DNA from: Alphaproteobacteria bacterium
GTDB lineage: Bacteria > Pseudomonadota > Alphaproteobacteria > UBA2966
Assembly (NCBI GenBank): GCA_964291395.2
Contig: OZ219858.1
Coordinates: 96,001 to 160,000, forward strand
Length of the DNA: 64,000 bases
Direction of reading: 5' to 3'
The position numbers were made by a program, and so were the translations under genes. Below, in pieces: positions 1 through 10,379 of this stretch. A model generated the notes under the pieces. It had not been told where the DNA came from. It was given only the letters and a program-made list of their open reading frames with translations, and made no database searches. How positions within the stretch are numbered: the first letter of the stretch is position 1; each line of letters opens with the position of its first letter.

Positions 1-360
1 CTTTTCCCCTGATCACCCGCGACCTCGGCGGTGCGGCAGTTCAGGGGCAAATAAGTCGAAGGACCTCCGTCAGAAGACGGTGTCCGCCCAGCGACAGGAG
101 CCCATCCTGGCAGCACGATGCCATACGGTTAACAAGGACTCGTTGCGTCGAACTGGTCATCTTCACGGACACATGCCGTCGGATATTACAGAAGCGGGAA
201 ACCGTCTCCGACCGAAGTTGACAATCGGTAAAAGAAACGGCTGCCCGAGCATTTTATACCGTGGAGTCCGAGATTTACTTCCTCCACGGAGGATTTCCTT
301 TTACGCTGAATTGGAGCCAAGGTGCAACCGGTTTGTCGGTTCCGGACCGGCGTCAATCGC

Positions 361-1344
361 TTATCGTTTGATTCTTCGCATCTCCTCGACGAGATGAGGC
401 AGAATTTCTCGGCAATCCCCGACGACACCGAAGCGCGCAGAGGCGAAAATGTCGGCGTCCTCGTCCGTGTTTATGGCGACGATGGTTTTGGCGTTGCCGC
501 AGCCCGCCATGTGCTGGCCCGCCCCCGAAATTCCCAGGGCGATATAGAGATCGGGTGCCACGGTCTTTCCGGAAAGGCCGATCTGGTAGCCCGGCGGGCA
601 CCAGCCAAGATCACAGGCCACGCGGCTGGCGCCGACCGCGCCATCCAGCACGTCGGCGAGTTCCTTCGCGTCGGCGAAGCCGTCGGGACCGCCGATGCCA
701 CGTCCGCCGGCGACGATGACATTGGCATTCTCCAGGCGCACTCCCACCGCACGTTCCGTGTCGCGTTCCACTACCCGCGTTCGAATTCTATCGGGCGTTA
801 CGACGGCGTCACGGGCGATCAGGGCGCCGCTCCGGGTATCGTCACGTGGCAACGCATCGAAGGATTTGGCCTTGATCGTGGCGATTGCGGGGGTACTCCT
901 GAAGGAGACCTGCTCCAGCGCGATGCCGCCGTAGCAAGGACGGGTGAAGCAGAGATCTTCGGCGTCGACGTCCACGCAGCCGGTCGCCACGGAGCTTCCC
1001 AGGCGGAATGCCAGGCGCGGGGCGAGATCGGCACCGACGTTCGTATGCGGCACGAGAATGGCCACCGGAGCGACTTCGCTGCTCAGAGCCTCCAGGTCGG
1101 GCAGCCAAGCGTCCGCCTGGTAGGGCTCGAACAGCTCGTCGTCGATGGTGTGAACCTCGTCGGCACCTCCCGCAATGAGGTTCCTGCCGACAGCCTCGCC
1201 GACACCGGCACCGAGACACGCGGCGATGACTTTGCCGCCCTTGGCTCCTGCGATAACGCTGGCCAGGGCGATCAGCTCCAGCGTCAATTGGGTCGGCGTG
1301 CCTTCTTCGAGCTCCACGACCGCCAGAACATTACCCGTCCCCAT
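361..1344 (-). CDS. etfA: Electron transfer flavoprotein alpha subunit (EtfA/FixB family)
   Basis: FAD-domain motifs VIVAGGRG, GAVGASR, QIGLSGKTVAPDLYIALGISGAGQHMAG, IVAINTD; adjacent to the beta subunit. Confidence 0.95.
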   Translation of the reverse strand: MGTGNVLAVVELEEGTPTQLTLELIALASVIAGAKGGKVIAACLGAGVGEAVGRNLIAGGADEVHTIDDELFEPYQADAWLPDLEALSSEVAPVAILVPHTNVGADLAPRLAFRLGSSVATGCVDVDAEDLCFTRPCYGGIALEQVSFRSTPAIATIKAKSFDALPRDDTRSGALIARDAVVTPDRIRTRVVERDTERAVGVRLENANVIVAGGRGIGGPDGFADAKELADVLDGAVGASRVACDLGWCPPGYQIGLSGKTVAPDLYIALGISGAGQHMAGCGNAKTIVAINTDEDADIFASARFGVVGDCREILPHLVEEMRRIKR

Positions 1345-1356
1345 GACTCCTCGCCC

Positions 1357-2169
1357 TCACACTATTTTCTCTTCGACGAGCCGCCGGGCGAGCGCGCTGG
1401 CGACCGCCTGCGCTCCGTCGCCTTCGATGAACTCGCACCGAGCGTCGGAGACAGGCACGTAAAGCCGCTCCAGGGTCCGGCGCGCGGCCGCCGCGCCTAC
1501 GTCCTGGGCGTCCACGCCGATATCGGCTGGTGCCCAGGCCTCGACCGGCTTTTTTGCCGCACGCATGGTTTCACGCAGACTCGCGTTACGGACGTTGCCC
1601 ATCTCGTGCGAAACGGTAACCAGGGCGGGGAGCGGCGCTTCGACGGTCTCGGAGCCGTCCCCCAGAACCCGAACCACCCGGACCGCGCCGTCAACGACGT
1701 CGATCTTCCGGGCGAATGTGATCGCGGGGACACCGAGCAACTCGGCCAAGCCGGGCCCCACCATGCCGGCATCGAAATCGGCGGCCTGCCGTCCGGCGAG
1801 CACGAGATCGACGGCCCCGAGCTTCGCAATCGCCTTGGACAGGGCATAGGCGGTCGCATACCCGTCCGAGTCGGCGAAGGCGGGATCACTCATCATCACG
1901 GCGTCGTCCACGCCGAGCGCCAGCACGTGCTTGAGGATCTTCCGCGCGCTCTCGTCGCCGATCGTCAGCGCCGTGACTCGGACTTCAGCCTCTTCTCCCA
2001 TCGCATCTCGGACGCGCAACGCCGCTTCGACCGCCTGTTCGTCGAACGGACTGATGACCGGCGACATGCCCGGAACCACGATGACCTGCTTGGCGTCCTC
2101 GTCGACGCGAAACAGGCTCGGCGCGATTTCCGGGTCGGGAATTTGCTTGATGCAGACCGCGATATGCAC
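1357..2169 (-). CDS. etfB: Electron transfer flavoprotein beta subunit (EtfB/FixA family)
   Basis: N-terminal IAVCIKQIPD, SPFDEQAVEAAL, GRQAADFDAGMVGP, PALVTV; 12 nt from etfA. Confidence 0.95.
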   Translation of the reverse strand: MHIAVCIKQIPDPEIAPSLFRVDEDAKQVIVVPGMSPVISPFDEQAVEAALRVRDAMGEEAEVRVTALTIGDESARKILKHVLALGVDDAVMMSDPAFADSDGYATAYALSKAIAKLGAVDLVLAGRQAADFDAGMVGPGLAELLGVPAITFARKIDVVDGAVRVVRVLGDGSETVEAPLPALVTVSHEMGNVRNASLRETMRAAKKPVEAWAPADIGVDAQDVGAAAARRTLERLYVPVSDARCEFIEGDGAQAVASALARRLVEEKIV

Positions 2170-2187
2170 GGACCCGTCCCTTTCGTC

Positions 2188-3447
2188 TTACTCGATCTCG
2201 ATATCCACGGGGACGATCCCGTCGAAGTGCTTACGCTGGAAATTCCATTCGGTCACCGGCTGCCTGCGGCCCTTCTCATCGGTACCACGGGACATCAACG
2301 TATGATACCCCGGCTGGGCGTCCCACAGATAAGACCAGCGGCGCCACAAGTAGCGGTCGGCGTGCTCTTCGATGTGGGCGTCGTTCCACGTCTCGCCGTT
2401 GTCGGTAGAAACCTCGACCCGGATCATGGCGCCCTCCCCGCTCCAAGCGAGGCCCCGAATCGCGTACGTGTCGGCCGGCAACGGCGACTCCTCCTCGAGT
2501 GGCTCGGTGATCACCGTTTTCACGCCGAGGGCGGTCATCATCTCCTTGTCGGGATCGTCGGGCCCCTTGCCCGATACGAAGTAGTGGGTCTGGTGGTAAC
2601 AGTCCGGCATACGGTCCATCACCTCGATCTTGTGGATCCACTTGACCCACCAATTTCCCGCCCAGCCCGGGACCACCATGCGGACGGGCGCACCATGCAC
2701 GTGGGTCAGGTATTCGCCGTTATGGGCCCAGGCGAGAATGGTCTCGGAATCCATCGCCTTTTCGATGGGCAGTCCCTTGTCGTAGTTGATGACGCCGGGA
2801 TCATGGACCTCAAAGTCCGTGCGCCCCACCGAGCGGTACTGGATGGTGGAATCCGGGCGGCCACGATCGAACCCTTCGACGCGAATGGCGACGGCGGAAT
2901 CCTTGATCCCCACACGCTCCAGCACCTCCCTGAGACGGGTACCGGTCCACTCACCTCCCGACACGATGCAGGTGGCAGGGATCAACGAACTCAGCTCCTC
3001 CAGGTCCAACGCTCCGCTCTCCGCCATGCCGTGCCAGTCAATGCCCTCCACCTCCTCGCGCACGGTACGCGAAGGCTTGGGCATGTTGCCGCCCTTGGCA
3101 CGAGACTCCAGATAATCCCAGAATTCCGTGTCATCGCCCGCACACTCCGTCACCGCGCGAACGGTATGGCCGGGCAGCTTTCGCAGGTCCCCAAGCGTGT
3201 AGGTCATGGGGTTCTCGACCTCGCCGAAGATCTCGAAGGAATAGTCGTCCGGATGAACCGGCTCCGGCATTTGTAGCTGAGCAACGATGTAGTAGGCATC
3301 CGTCGGCGTGATGAGACCTTCCAGCTCGAGAAACGGGGTGCGCGCGTGGATCGTGCGGCCTTCTTGGTCCTTGCTTGGCGACAGCCGGTAGCGCTTGCGG
3401 TCCGGCCAGCCCATCACCCAATCACCCTCGATCTCCTTCCGCGGCAT
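2188..3447 (-). CDS. Sulfite oxidase-family molybdopterin oxidoreductase (Moco domain plus dimerisation domain), no signal peptide or heme domain
   Basis: ITP, Mo-ligand ECAG, EWTG, NGEYL..HGAPVRMVVPGWAG..VKW, GLAWSG..IRVEVSTDNGETW, RGTDEKG..QP; SD GAGGT upstream. Confidence 0.9.
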   Translation of the reverse strand: MPRKEIEGDWVMGWPDRKRYRLSPSKDQEGRTIHARTPFLELEGLITPTDAYYIVAQLQMPEPVHPDDYSFEIFGEVENPMTYTLGDLRKLPGHTVRAVTECAGDDTEFWDYLESRAKGGNMPKPSRTVREEVEGIDWHGMAESGALDLEELSSLIPATCIVSGGEWTGTRLREVLERVGIKDSAVAIRVEGFDRGRPDSTIQYRSVGRTDFEVHDPGVINYDKGLPIEKAMDSETILAWAHNGEYLTHVHGAPVRMVVPGWAGNWWVKWIHKIEVMDRMPDCYHQTHYFVSGKGPDDPDKEMMTALGVKTVITEPLEEESPLPADTYAIRGLAWSGEGAMIRVEVSTDNGETWNDAHIEEHADRYLWRRWSYLWDAQPGYHTLMSRGTDEKGRRQPVTEWNFQRKHFDGIVPVDIEIE

Positions 3448-3571
3448 GCTTACCTCTTCTCATTTGTGGGAGCCGGTGCCCCGAAGGGCGCCAGCGCATT
3501 CGCCGCAGAATAGCAGGCGGCATGTGCGATGGGGAGGCGGGGAGAAGGCCGAAGACACCAAGCAGAGGAAA

Positions 3572-4156
3572 TCAGAACGACGAGCGGGGTTCCTTCAGAA
3601 ATGCCAATTCGTTTGCGGTCGACTGGCGGCCCAACGTCTCGTTGCGATGGGGGAAACGCCCGAACCGCTCGATGATCTCGCAGTGCCGATGCACCGAGAA
3701 ATGCGCCCTCTCCCGGAAATCTTCGTCGAAATCCGGCAGTATCTGCGAGTAGAGCGCGACGCAGTGCCGCTGATCGGCCAGATTCTCACTGTGCTCGAAA
3801 GGTAGATAGACGAACAGGCGCTGTACGGTCATCAACTGGCGATCGACTCCGCGATCCACTGCCCGCCGCGCGATCGAGCGTGCCTTGGCGTCCGCAGAGT
3901 AAGCCTTGGGGAGCCCTCGAAAGATGTTTCGGGGAAACTGATCGAGCGTGACGATCAGAGCCAGGGTGCCTTCCACCGTTTCCTGCCACGAATCGTAGCT
4001 ACCCGCCGACGCCTTCGCGACGACCCGTCCGAAGCGGTCGCGGATCTCCGCATCGAAGGCGGCATCCTTTTCGAACCAGGCCGCCCGGTGTGAGCCAAAC
4101 TCCGTGCCGGCGGGGTCACCGAACCAAAACTTCAACACGTCCGGGTACTCGGTCAT
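3572..4156 (-). CDS. DUF924 family protein (copy 2)
   Basis: VLKFWF, WFEKDAAFDAEIR, LDQFPRNIFRG, YLPFEHSE, IIERFGRFPHRN; start moved to ATG 4156, 4 nt after the stop of copy 1. Confidence 0.9.
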   Translation of the reverse strand: MTEYPDVLKFWFGDPAGTEFGSHRAAWFEKDAAFDAEIRDRFGRVVAKASAGSYDSWQETVEGTLALIVTLDQFPRNIFRGLPKAYSADAKARSIARRAVDRGVDRQLMTVQRLFVYLPFEHSENLADQRHCVALYSQILPDFDEDFRERAHFSVHRHCEIIERFGRFPHRNETLGRQSTANELAFLKEPRSSF

Positions 4157-4160
4157 AGCC

Positions 4161-4748
4161 TCAACCAAAACTGGATCGTGGTTCCTCAAGAAATGCCGCC
4201 TCCGCAGCGCTGGTCGCCCGCCCCAGCGTCTCGTTGCGGTGGGGAAATCGCCCGAATCGCTCGATGATCTCGCAATGGCGATGAATCGCGAAATGGAAGC
4301 GTTCGTAAAGAGCGCCGTCGAAGTCCCCAAGAATGGTCATCAGGTGCGCAACTCCCCGACGCTGATCGGCGAGGTTCTCGCTGTGCTGGAACGGCAGATA
4401 GAGAAACAGCTTCCGCATGGTCGAGAATCGCCGGTCGAAACCGCGATCCAAGGCCTGGCGCGCGACGGAGCGCGCCCTGGCGTCCGTCGCGAAGGCCGTC
4501 GGATGCCTGCGAAAAATGTTCCGAGGAAACTGGTCGAGGACGATGGTCAGCGCGAGCGCGCCGTCCGGTGTCTCCTGCCAAGCATCGCAATCGCCCGCCG
4601 ACGCCTTCGCGACGACACCTGCGAAGCGCGAACGCACCTCTGAATCGAACGCGTCGTCCTTCCCGAACCAAGCGTCCCGGAATTCGTTGAAATCCTCGTC
4701 GCCGGGATCGCCGAACCAGAACGCCAAAACCTCCGAATACCCCGTCAT
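4161..4748 (-). CDS. DUF924 family protein (copy 1)
   Basis: VLAFWF, LDQFPRNIFR, YLPFQHSE, IIERFGRFPHRN; start moved to ATG 4748 by alignment with copy 2. Confidence 0.9.
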   Translation of the reverse strand: MTGYSEVLAFWFGDPGDEDFNEFRDAWFGKDDAFDSEVRSRFAGVVAKASAGDCDAWQETPDGALALTIVLDQFPRNIFRRHPTAFATDARARSVARQALDRGFDRRFSTMRKLFLYLPFQHSENLADQRRGVAHLMTILGDFDGALYERFHFAIHRHCEIIERFGRFPHRNETLGRATSAAEAAFLEEPRSSFG

Positions 4749-4809
4749 GGGCGGCACCCCACGGACGCGCGGCCTATTGACGCACGGCCGCGCCGAATCC
4801 GACACACGA

Positions 4810-5907
<1,098 letters not shown>

Positions 5908-6414
5908 CTACATTGGATTGGTACCCCTCGAGATAGCGACAACACCCGTTCGGGAAATGTCGACGAGCCCCAAGGGCTTCATGAGTTCGATGAACGCATC
6001 CAATTTGTCGGTCGACCCCGTCATCTCGAAAACGAACGACTCGGCGGTGCTGTCGACGACGCGCGCCCGGAATATGTCGGCGATACGCAAGCTCTCGACC
6101 CGCTTCTCGCCGGAGCCTCGGACCTTGACCAGTGCCAGCTCTCGCTCCACGGACGGCCCGTCGACGGTCAAGTCCATCACCTTGTGGATGGGCACCAGCC
6201 TTTCAAGCTGTGCCTTGATCTGCTCGATCACCATCGGTGTCCCAGAGGTGACCAACGTGATGCGCGAGAGCTTCTCCTCGGTGTCCACCTCCGCCACGGT
6301 CAGGCTTTCGATGTTGTAGCCGCGACCCGAGAAGAGACCGATGACCCGAGCGAGGACACCCGCTTCGTTGTCTACGAGGACGGTGATGGTGTGATAATTC
6401 TGTTCGGTATCCAC
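5908..6414 (-). CDS. ilvN: Acetolactate synthase small (regulatory) subunit
   Basis: ACT domain LVDNEAGVLARVIGLFSGRGYNIESLTV, ERELALVKV, SRTG; GTG start 6414 inferred. Confidence 0.95.
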   Translation of the reverse strand: MDTEQNYHTITVLVDNEAGVLARVIGLFSGRGYNIESLTVAEVDTEEKLSRITLVTSGTPMVIEQIKAQLERLVPIHKVMDLTVDGPSVERELALVKVRGSGEKRVESLRIADIFRARVVDSTAESFVFEMTGSTDKLDAFIELMKPLGLVDISRTGVVAISRGTNPM

Positions 6415-6486
6415 GACGATTGTCCCTAGCCAAGCCGGGCGACGAGACACGCCCGGGCGCGGGCCCGAACGCGAGAGCGCTCGTGC

Positions 6487-8241
6487 TCACACCATCGCGA
6501 GTCCGTCTTCGCTGACCTCGGTATCCCCGTCAGGCCCGAGCATCATGTCGTAGTGGGCCGAGCCCGCAGGAATCATGGGGAAGCAATTCTCGTCGGGATC
6601 GACCTGAATATCCGCGATCACGGGTCCCGGGTCCGCCATCATCTTCTCAAGGACCCCATCCAGTTCGCCCGGTTCGCTCGCCCGCAGACCCGTAACGCCA
6701 AACGCCTCGGCCAACCGCACGAAGTCGGGCAGCGAATCCATGTAGCTTTCGGCGTAACGCCCGCCGTGGAGAATCTCCTGCCATTGGCGCACCATTCCCA
6801 TGTAACGATTGTTGAGCAGATACACCTTGACCGGCGCGCGATGCTGCACCGCGGTGGACAGCTCCTGGATACACATCATCAACGATGCCTCGCCGGAAAC
6901 GCAGATGACAGGAGCCTCGGGGTGGGCGATCTGGACACCGATGGCTGCAGGGAGACCGTATCCCATCGTCCCCAAACCACCGGACGTCATCCAGCGGTTA
7001 GGTTTCTCGAACGGCAGGAACTGCGCGGCCCACATCTGATGCTGGCCGACGTCGGTGGTGACATAGACGTCGCGGTCCCCGCAAAACTCGCGCAGCCGCT
7101 CCAACGCGTATTGCGGCTTGATCAGGCCATCACCCTGCTCGTACCGGAGACAGTTCCGGCTGCGCCACGTGTCGATCTGGGCCCACCAATCCTGGATGGC
7201 CGACGCGTCGGGGCGCCTTCCGGATGCCTTCCAGACCTTGATCATGTCTTCCAGAACGTGGGCACAGTCGCCGACGATGGGAACCTCCACCGGAACATTC
7301 TTGTTGATCGACGATGGATCGATGTCGATGTGAATCTTCTTCGATCCCTTGCTGAACTCATCCAGCCGTCCGGTGATGCGGTCGTCGAAACGGGCACCGA
7401 CCGCGATCATGACGTCGCAGCCAGCCATCGCCAGGTTGGCCTCGTAGGTGCCGTGCATGCCGAGCATCCCCAACCACCGAGGATCTGAAGCCGGGAAACA
7501 ACCAAGGCCCATGACGGTGCTCGTGATGGGATAACCCGTCAGACGGACGAATTCGGTCAGCAACTGCGACGCCGCCTGGCCCGAGTTCACAACCCCACCG
7601 CCGGAATAGACGATCGGCCGCTTGGCGGAGAGCAGCATCTTCACCGCTTGTTCGATGGCTCCGAGATCACCTTTCAATTGGGGACGATAGGTCTTGTGCC
7701 GAATCGTCTCCCGCGGAACGTATTCGCCTTCGGCGATGGAAACGTCCTTGGGAATATCGACGACCACCGGTCCCGGGCGGCCGGAGCTCGCAACGTAAAA
7801 CGCTTCGTGGATGACGCGCGCCAAGTCATCGACATCCTTCACGAGATAGTTGTGCTTGGTGCATGGCCGGGTAATGCCGATGGTGTCCGCCTCCTGAAAG
7901 GCGTCATTGCCAATGAGATGCGTGGCCACCTGACCCGTCAGGCACACGACGGGAATGCTGTCCATCATCGCGTCGGTCAGCCCGGTCACCGCGTTGGTCG
8001 CCCCCGGACCCGAGGTCACGAGGACGACACCAGGCTTGCCCGTGGAGCGGGCGTATCCCTCGGCCATGTGCGTCGCGCCCTGTTCATGCCGCACGAGCAC
8101 ATGGCGAATCCGGTTTTGCTGGAACATCGCGTCGTAGAGCGGAAGTACGGCACCGCCAGGGTAACCGAAAATCACATCGACCCCTTGATCCTCAAGTGCC
8201 TTGAGGACGATCTGTGACCCCGACATGCGCGCGTTCGGCAT
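6487..8241 (-). CDS. ilvB: Acetolactate synthase large subunit
   Basis: [60 protein letters not shown]; start moved to ATG 8241. Confidence 0.96.
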   Translation of the reverse strand: MPNARMSGSQIVLKALEDQGVDVIFGYPGGAVLPLYDAMFQQNRIRHVLVRHEQGATHMAEGYARSTGKPGVVLVTSGPGATNAVTGLTDAMMDSIPVVCLTGQVATHLIGNDAFQEADTIGITRPCTKHNYLVKDVDDLARVIHEAFYVASSGRPGPVVVDIPKDVSIAEGEYVPRETIRHKTYRPQLKGDLGAIEQAVKMLLSAKRPIVYSGGGVVNSGQAASQLLTEFVRLTGYPITSTVMGLGCFPASDPRWLGMLGMHGTYEANLAMAGCDVMIAVGARFDDRITGRLDEFSKGSKKIHIDIDPSSINKNVPVEVPIVGDCAHVLEDMIKVWKASGRRPDASAIQDWWAQIDTWRSRNCLRYEQGDGLIKPQYALERLREFCGDRDVYVTTDVGQHQMWAAQFLPFEKPNRWMTSGGLGTMGYGLPAAIGVQIAHPEAPVICVSGEASLMMCIQELSTAVQHRAPVKVYLLNNRYMGMVRQWQEILHGGRYAESYMDSLPDFVRLAEAFGVTGLRASEPGELDGVLEKMMADPGPVIADIQVDPDENCFPMIPAGSAHYDMMLGPDGDTEVSEDGLAMV

Positions 8242-8372
8242 TGGTTCAATCCCACTATTGCGACGAAACCGCCCAGTGCCGTTCGGCGCTGGACGGTCGA
8301 AAACCCGGGCCGTTGTGTCACGAAATCCCAGGCCCAAGCCCGAAAATTCTGCGACAACCTATCCTCTGCCGT

Positions 8373-9338
8373 TCAGGGGGTCAATATAGACTGACGAATA
8401 AATGAAAAGATTTTTGGGAAAAAACTTTCCAAATCTTGCGTCGGAAATTGCCGCCAATCGGCCATCCGGTTGCGGAACCAAGTCATTTGACGCTTGGCAT
8501 AGCGGCGCGTCGAGCGCTGTCCCGCCGCAACTGCTCCATCCAGGGTGTCCTCGCCGCTCAGACAGCGCGCGAGCTCGCGAACTCCAACCGCCTTCATGAC
8601 GGGATGTGAAGCCGGAACGGCCCGCGCGAGGAGACCCCGCACCTCGTCCACGGCGCCGCTCGTCACCATCTCCTCGAAGCGACCGTCGCATCGGGCATAG
8701 AGGGTCTCCCGCGGCACCGACAATACGATCTTGGCAAAACGTCCGGGGCAATGCGTCCCCGTTTGGCGGCGTTGCCACTCCGCCAACGATATACCCGTCG
8801 CCTCGATGACTTCCCACGCCCGCACCATCCGCCACCGGTCGGAGGGCCGGATGCGTTCCGCCATGAGCGGATCCTTCCGGGACAACTCCTCATGGAATGG
8901 AATGTTGCCCAGCTGGTCGAGACGCTTTCTGCCTTGTTCCCTGACGGCAGGGGGAATGTCGGGAACGGGGGCAAGGCCTTCGACAAGTGCCTGAAAATAC
9001 AGGCCGGTTCCGCCGACGACGATAGGCATGCGGCCGTCCGAACGTGCTTTCGATATTGCCTCGCCGGCCAGCTCGCACCAGCGACCGGCCGAACACCGCT
9101 GATTACTCGGGAAAACCCCGTAAAGGCGGTGCGGTGCTCGATCCTCGTCGTCCCGGGACGGTCGGGCGGTCAATATCCTCAGGTCGCGATAGACCTGCAT
9201 ACTGTCCGAATTTATGATCGTTGCCCCGCCGAATGGCTCCAGTGCCTCCGCGAGCGCGAGCGCGAGCCGGGATTTGCCGCTGGCGGTGGGACCCGCGATC
9301 AGCACGCCAGTGTGCGTCGACTTATCCGGCATGGGCAT
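8373..9338 (-). CDS. miaA: tRNA dimethylallyltransferase
   Basis: GPTASGKS, DSMQVY, ILTARP, VGGTGLY, YAKRQMTWFR. Confidence 0.96.
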   Translation of the reverse strand: MPMPDKSTHTGVLIAGPTASGKSRLALALAEALEPFGGATIINSDSMQVYRDLRILTARPSRDDEDRAPHRLYGVFPSNQRCSAGRWCELAGEAISKARSDGRMPIVVGGTGLYFQALVEGLAPVPDIPPAVREQGRKRLDQLGNIPFHEELSRKDPLMAERIRPSDRWRMVRAWEVIEATGISLAEWQRRQTGTHCPGRFAKIVLSVPRETLYARCDGRFEEMVTSGAVDEVRGLLARAVPASHPVMKAVGVRELARCLSGEDTLDGAVAAGQRSTRRYAKRQMTWFRNRMADWRQFPTQDLESFFPKIFSFIRQSILTP

Positions 9339-9402
9339 TCAAGGATACGGATCCTGCAATCGTATTCCGCAAGCCGCTTTTCCGCATCATGAGGCATGGT
9401 TC

Positions 9403-10302
9403 GTGACCCATGTAATCACGCTTGTCGGCAATCCGCAGCAGTCGCCCGTGTCTCTCGACCTGGCCGATGCGGCCCGTTCGGCCTTGTCCCGCCTCGACGG
9501 CCAAGTCGGGGGTATCGATTGGCTGTCTCCAGGAACGGCCTGCGATGTTCCCATCGACGGGGTCGATCCGACCGTCGCCGTTGAAGCTGTTCGCGCCGCC
9601 CTGGAAGGGCAGCCGGTCGACGTCGTGGCGCAACGCAGGAAACATCGCCGCAAGCGCCTTCTCGTCGCAGACATGGATTCGACGATCATCCGGCAGGAAT
9701 GCATCGATGAAATCGCCGAATTCGTCGGTCGCCGGGCGCAAGTCGCAGCCATAACCGAACGCGCGATGCGCGGCGACATGGACTTTCCCGAAGCTGTTCG
9801 CGAGCGTGCGAACATGTTCGCCGGACTCGGCGCGGACGTCCTCGAGCGTGCCTACGACGAGAGCATTTCGCTCACGCCGGGTGCCGAGACCCTCGTCCGG
9901 GTCATGCGGCGAAGCGGCGCGGTCACGGCCCTGGTGTCTGGCGGCTTCACGCAATTCACGAGCCGCGTCGCGGAACGCGTTGGCTTCGACTACCATCATG
10001 GCAACGAGCTCGAGATCGTGGCGGGCAAGCTCACCGGAAAGGCGCTCGAGCCCATCAAAGGGGGCGATGCCAAGGTAGAACTGCTCGATCGCTACCGTGA
10101 CCGGCTCGGCATTTCCGCCGAGCAAACACTCGCTGTCGGAGACGGCGCCAACGATATTCCGATGATCAAGGTCGCCGGCCTTGGCGTAGCCTTCCATGGC
10201 AAGCCCAGCGTCGTCGAAGCGGCGGACGCGGAGATCAGCAACGGCGACCTGACGGCCCTCCTGTATATCCAGGGGTTTCGCGAGGCCGAGATAAACGCCT
10301 GA
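9403..10302 (+). CDS. serB: Phosphoserine phosphatase
   Basis: HAD motifs DMDSTII, ECIDE, SGGF, GDGAND; divergent from miaA; GTG start 9403 inferred. Confidence 0.94.
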   Translation: MTHVITLVGNPQQSPVSLDLADAARSALSRLDGQVGGIDWLSPGTACDVPIDGVDPTVAVEAVRAALEGQPVDVVAQRRKHRRKRLLVADMDSTIIRQECIDEIAEFVGRRAQVAAITERAMRGDMDFPEAVRERANMFAGLGADVLERAYDESISLTPGAETLVRVMRRSGAVTALVSGGFTQFTSRVAERVGFDYHHGNELEIVAGKLTGKALEPIKGGDAKVELLDRYRDRLGISAEQTLAVGDGANDIPMIKVAGLGVAFHGKPSVVEAADAEISNGDLTALLYIQGFREAEINA

Positions 10303-10379
10303 ACACCGACCGGGAAACGGGGCGGCAGCTTGCGCCGCCACCCTGCCTATTCAGACCCGGCTTCAGGTTCGTTTCGAGC

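Noticed and set aside
1-360. Non-coding stretch with dyads (CCCCTGA/TCAGGGG; CCGTGGAG/CTCCACGG at 259-289)
   Set aside because: No riboswitch or ncRNA consensus recognised and the downstream context is outside the window.
322-3276. 984-aa plus-strand ORF
   Set aside because: Codon-registered antisense shadow of etfA, etfB and the Mo-enzyme, which share one frame; no recognisable motifs.
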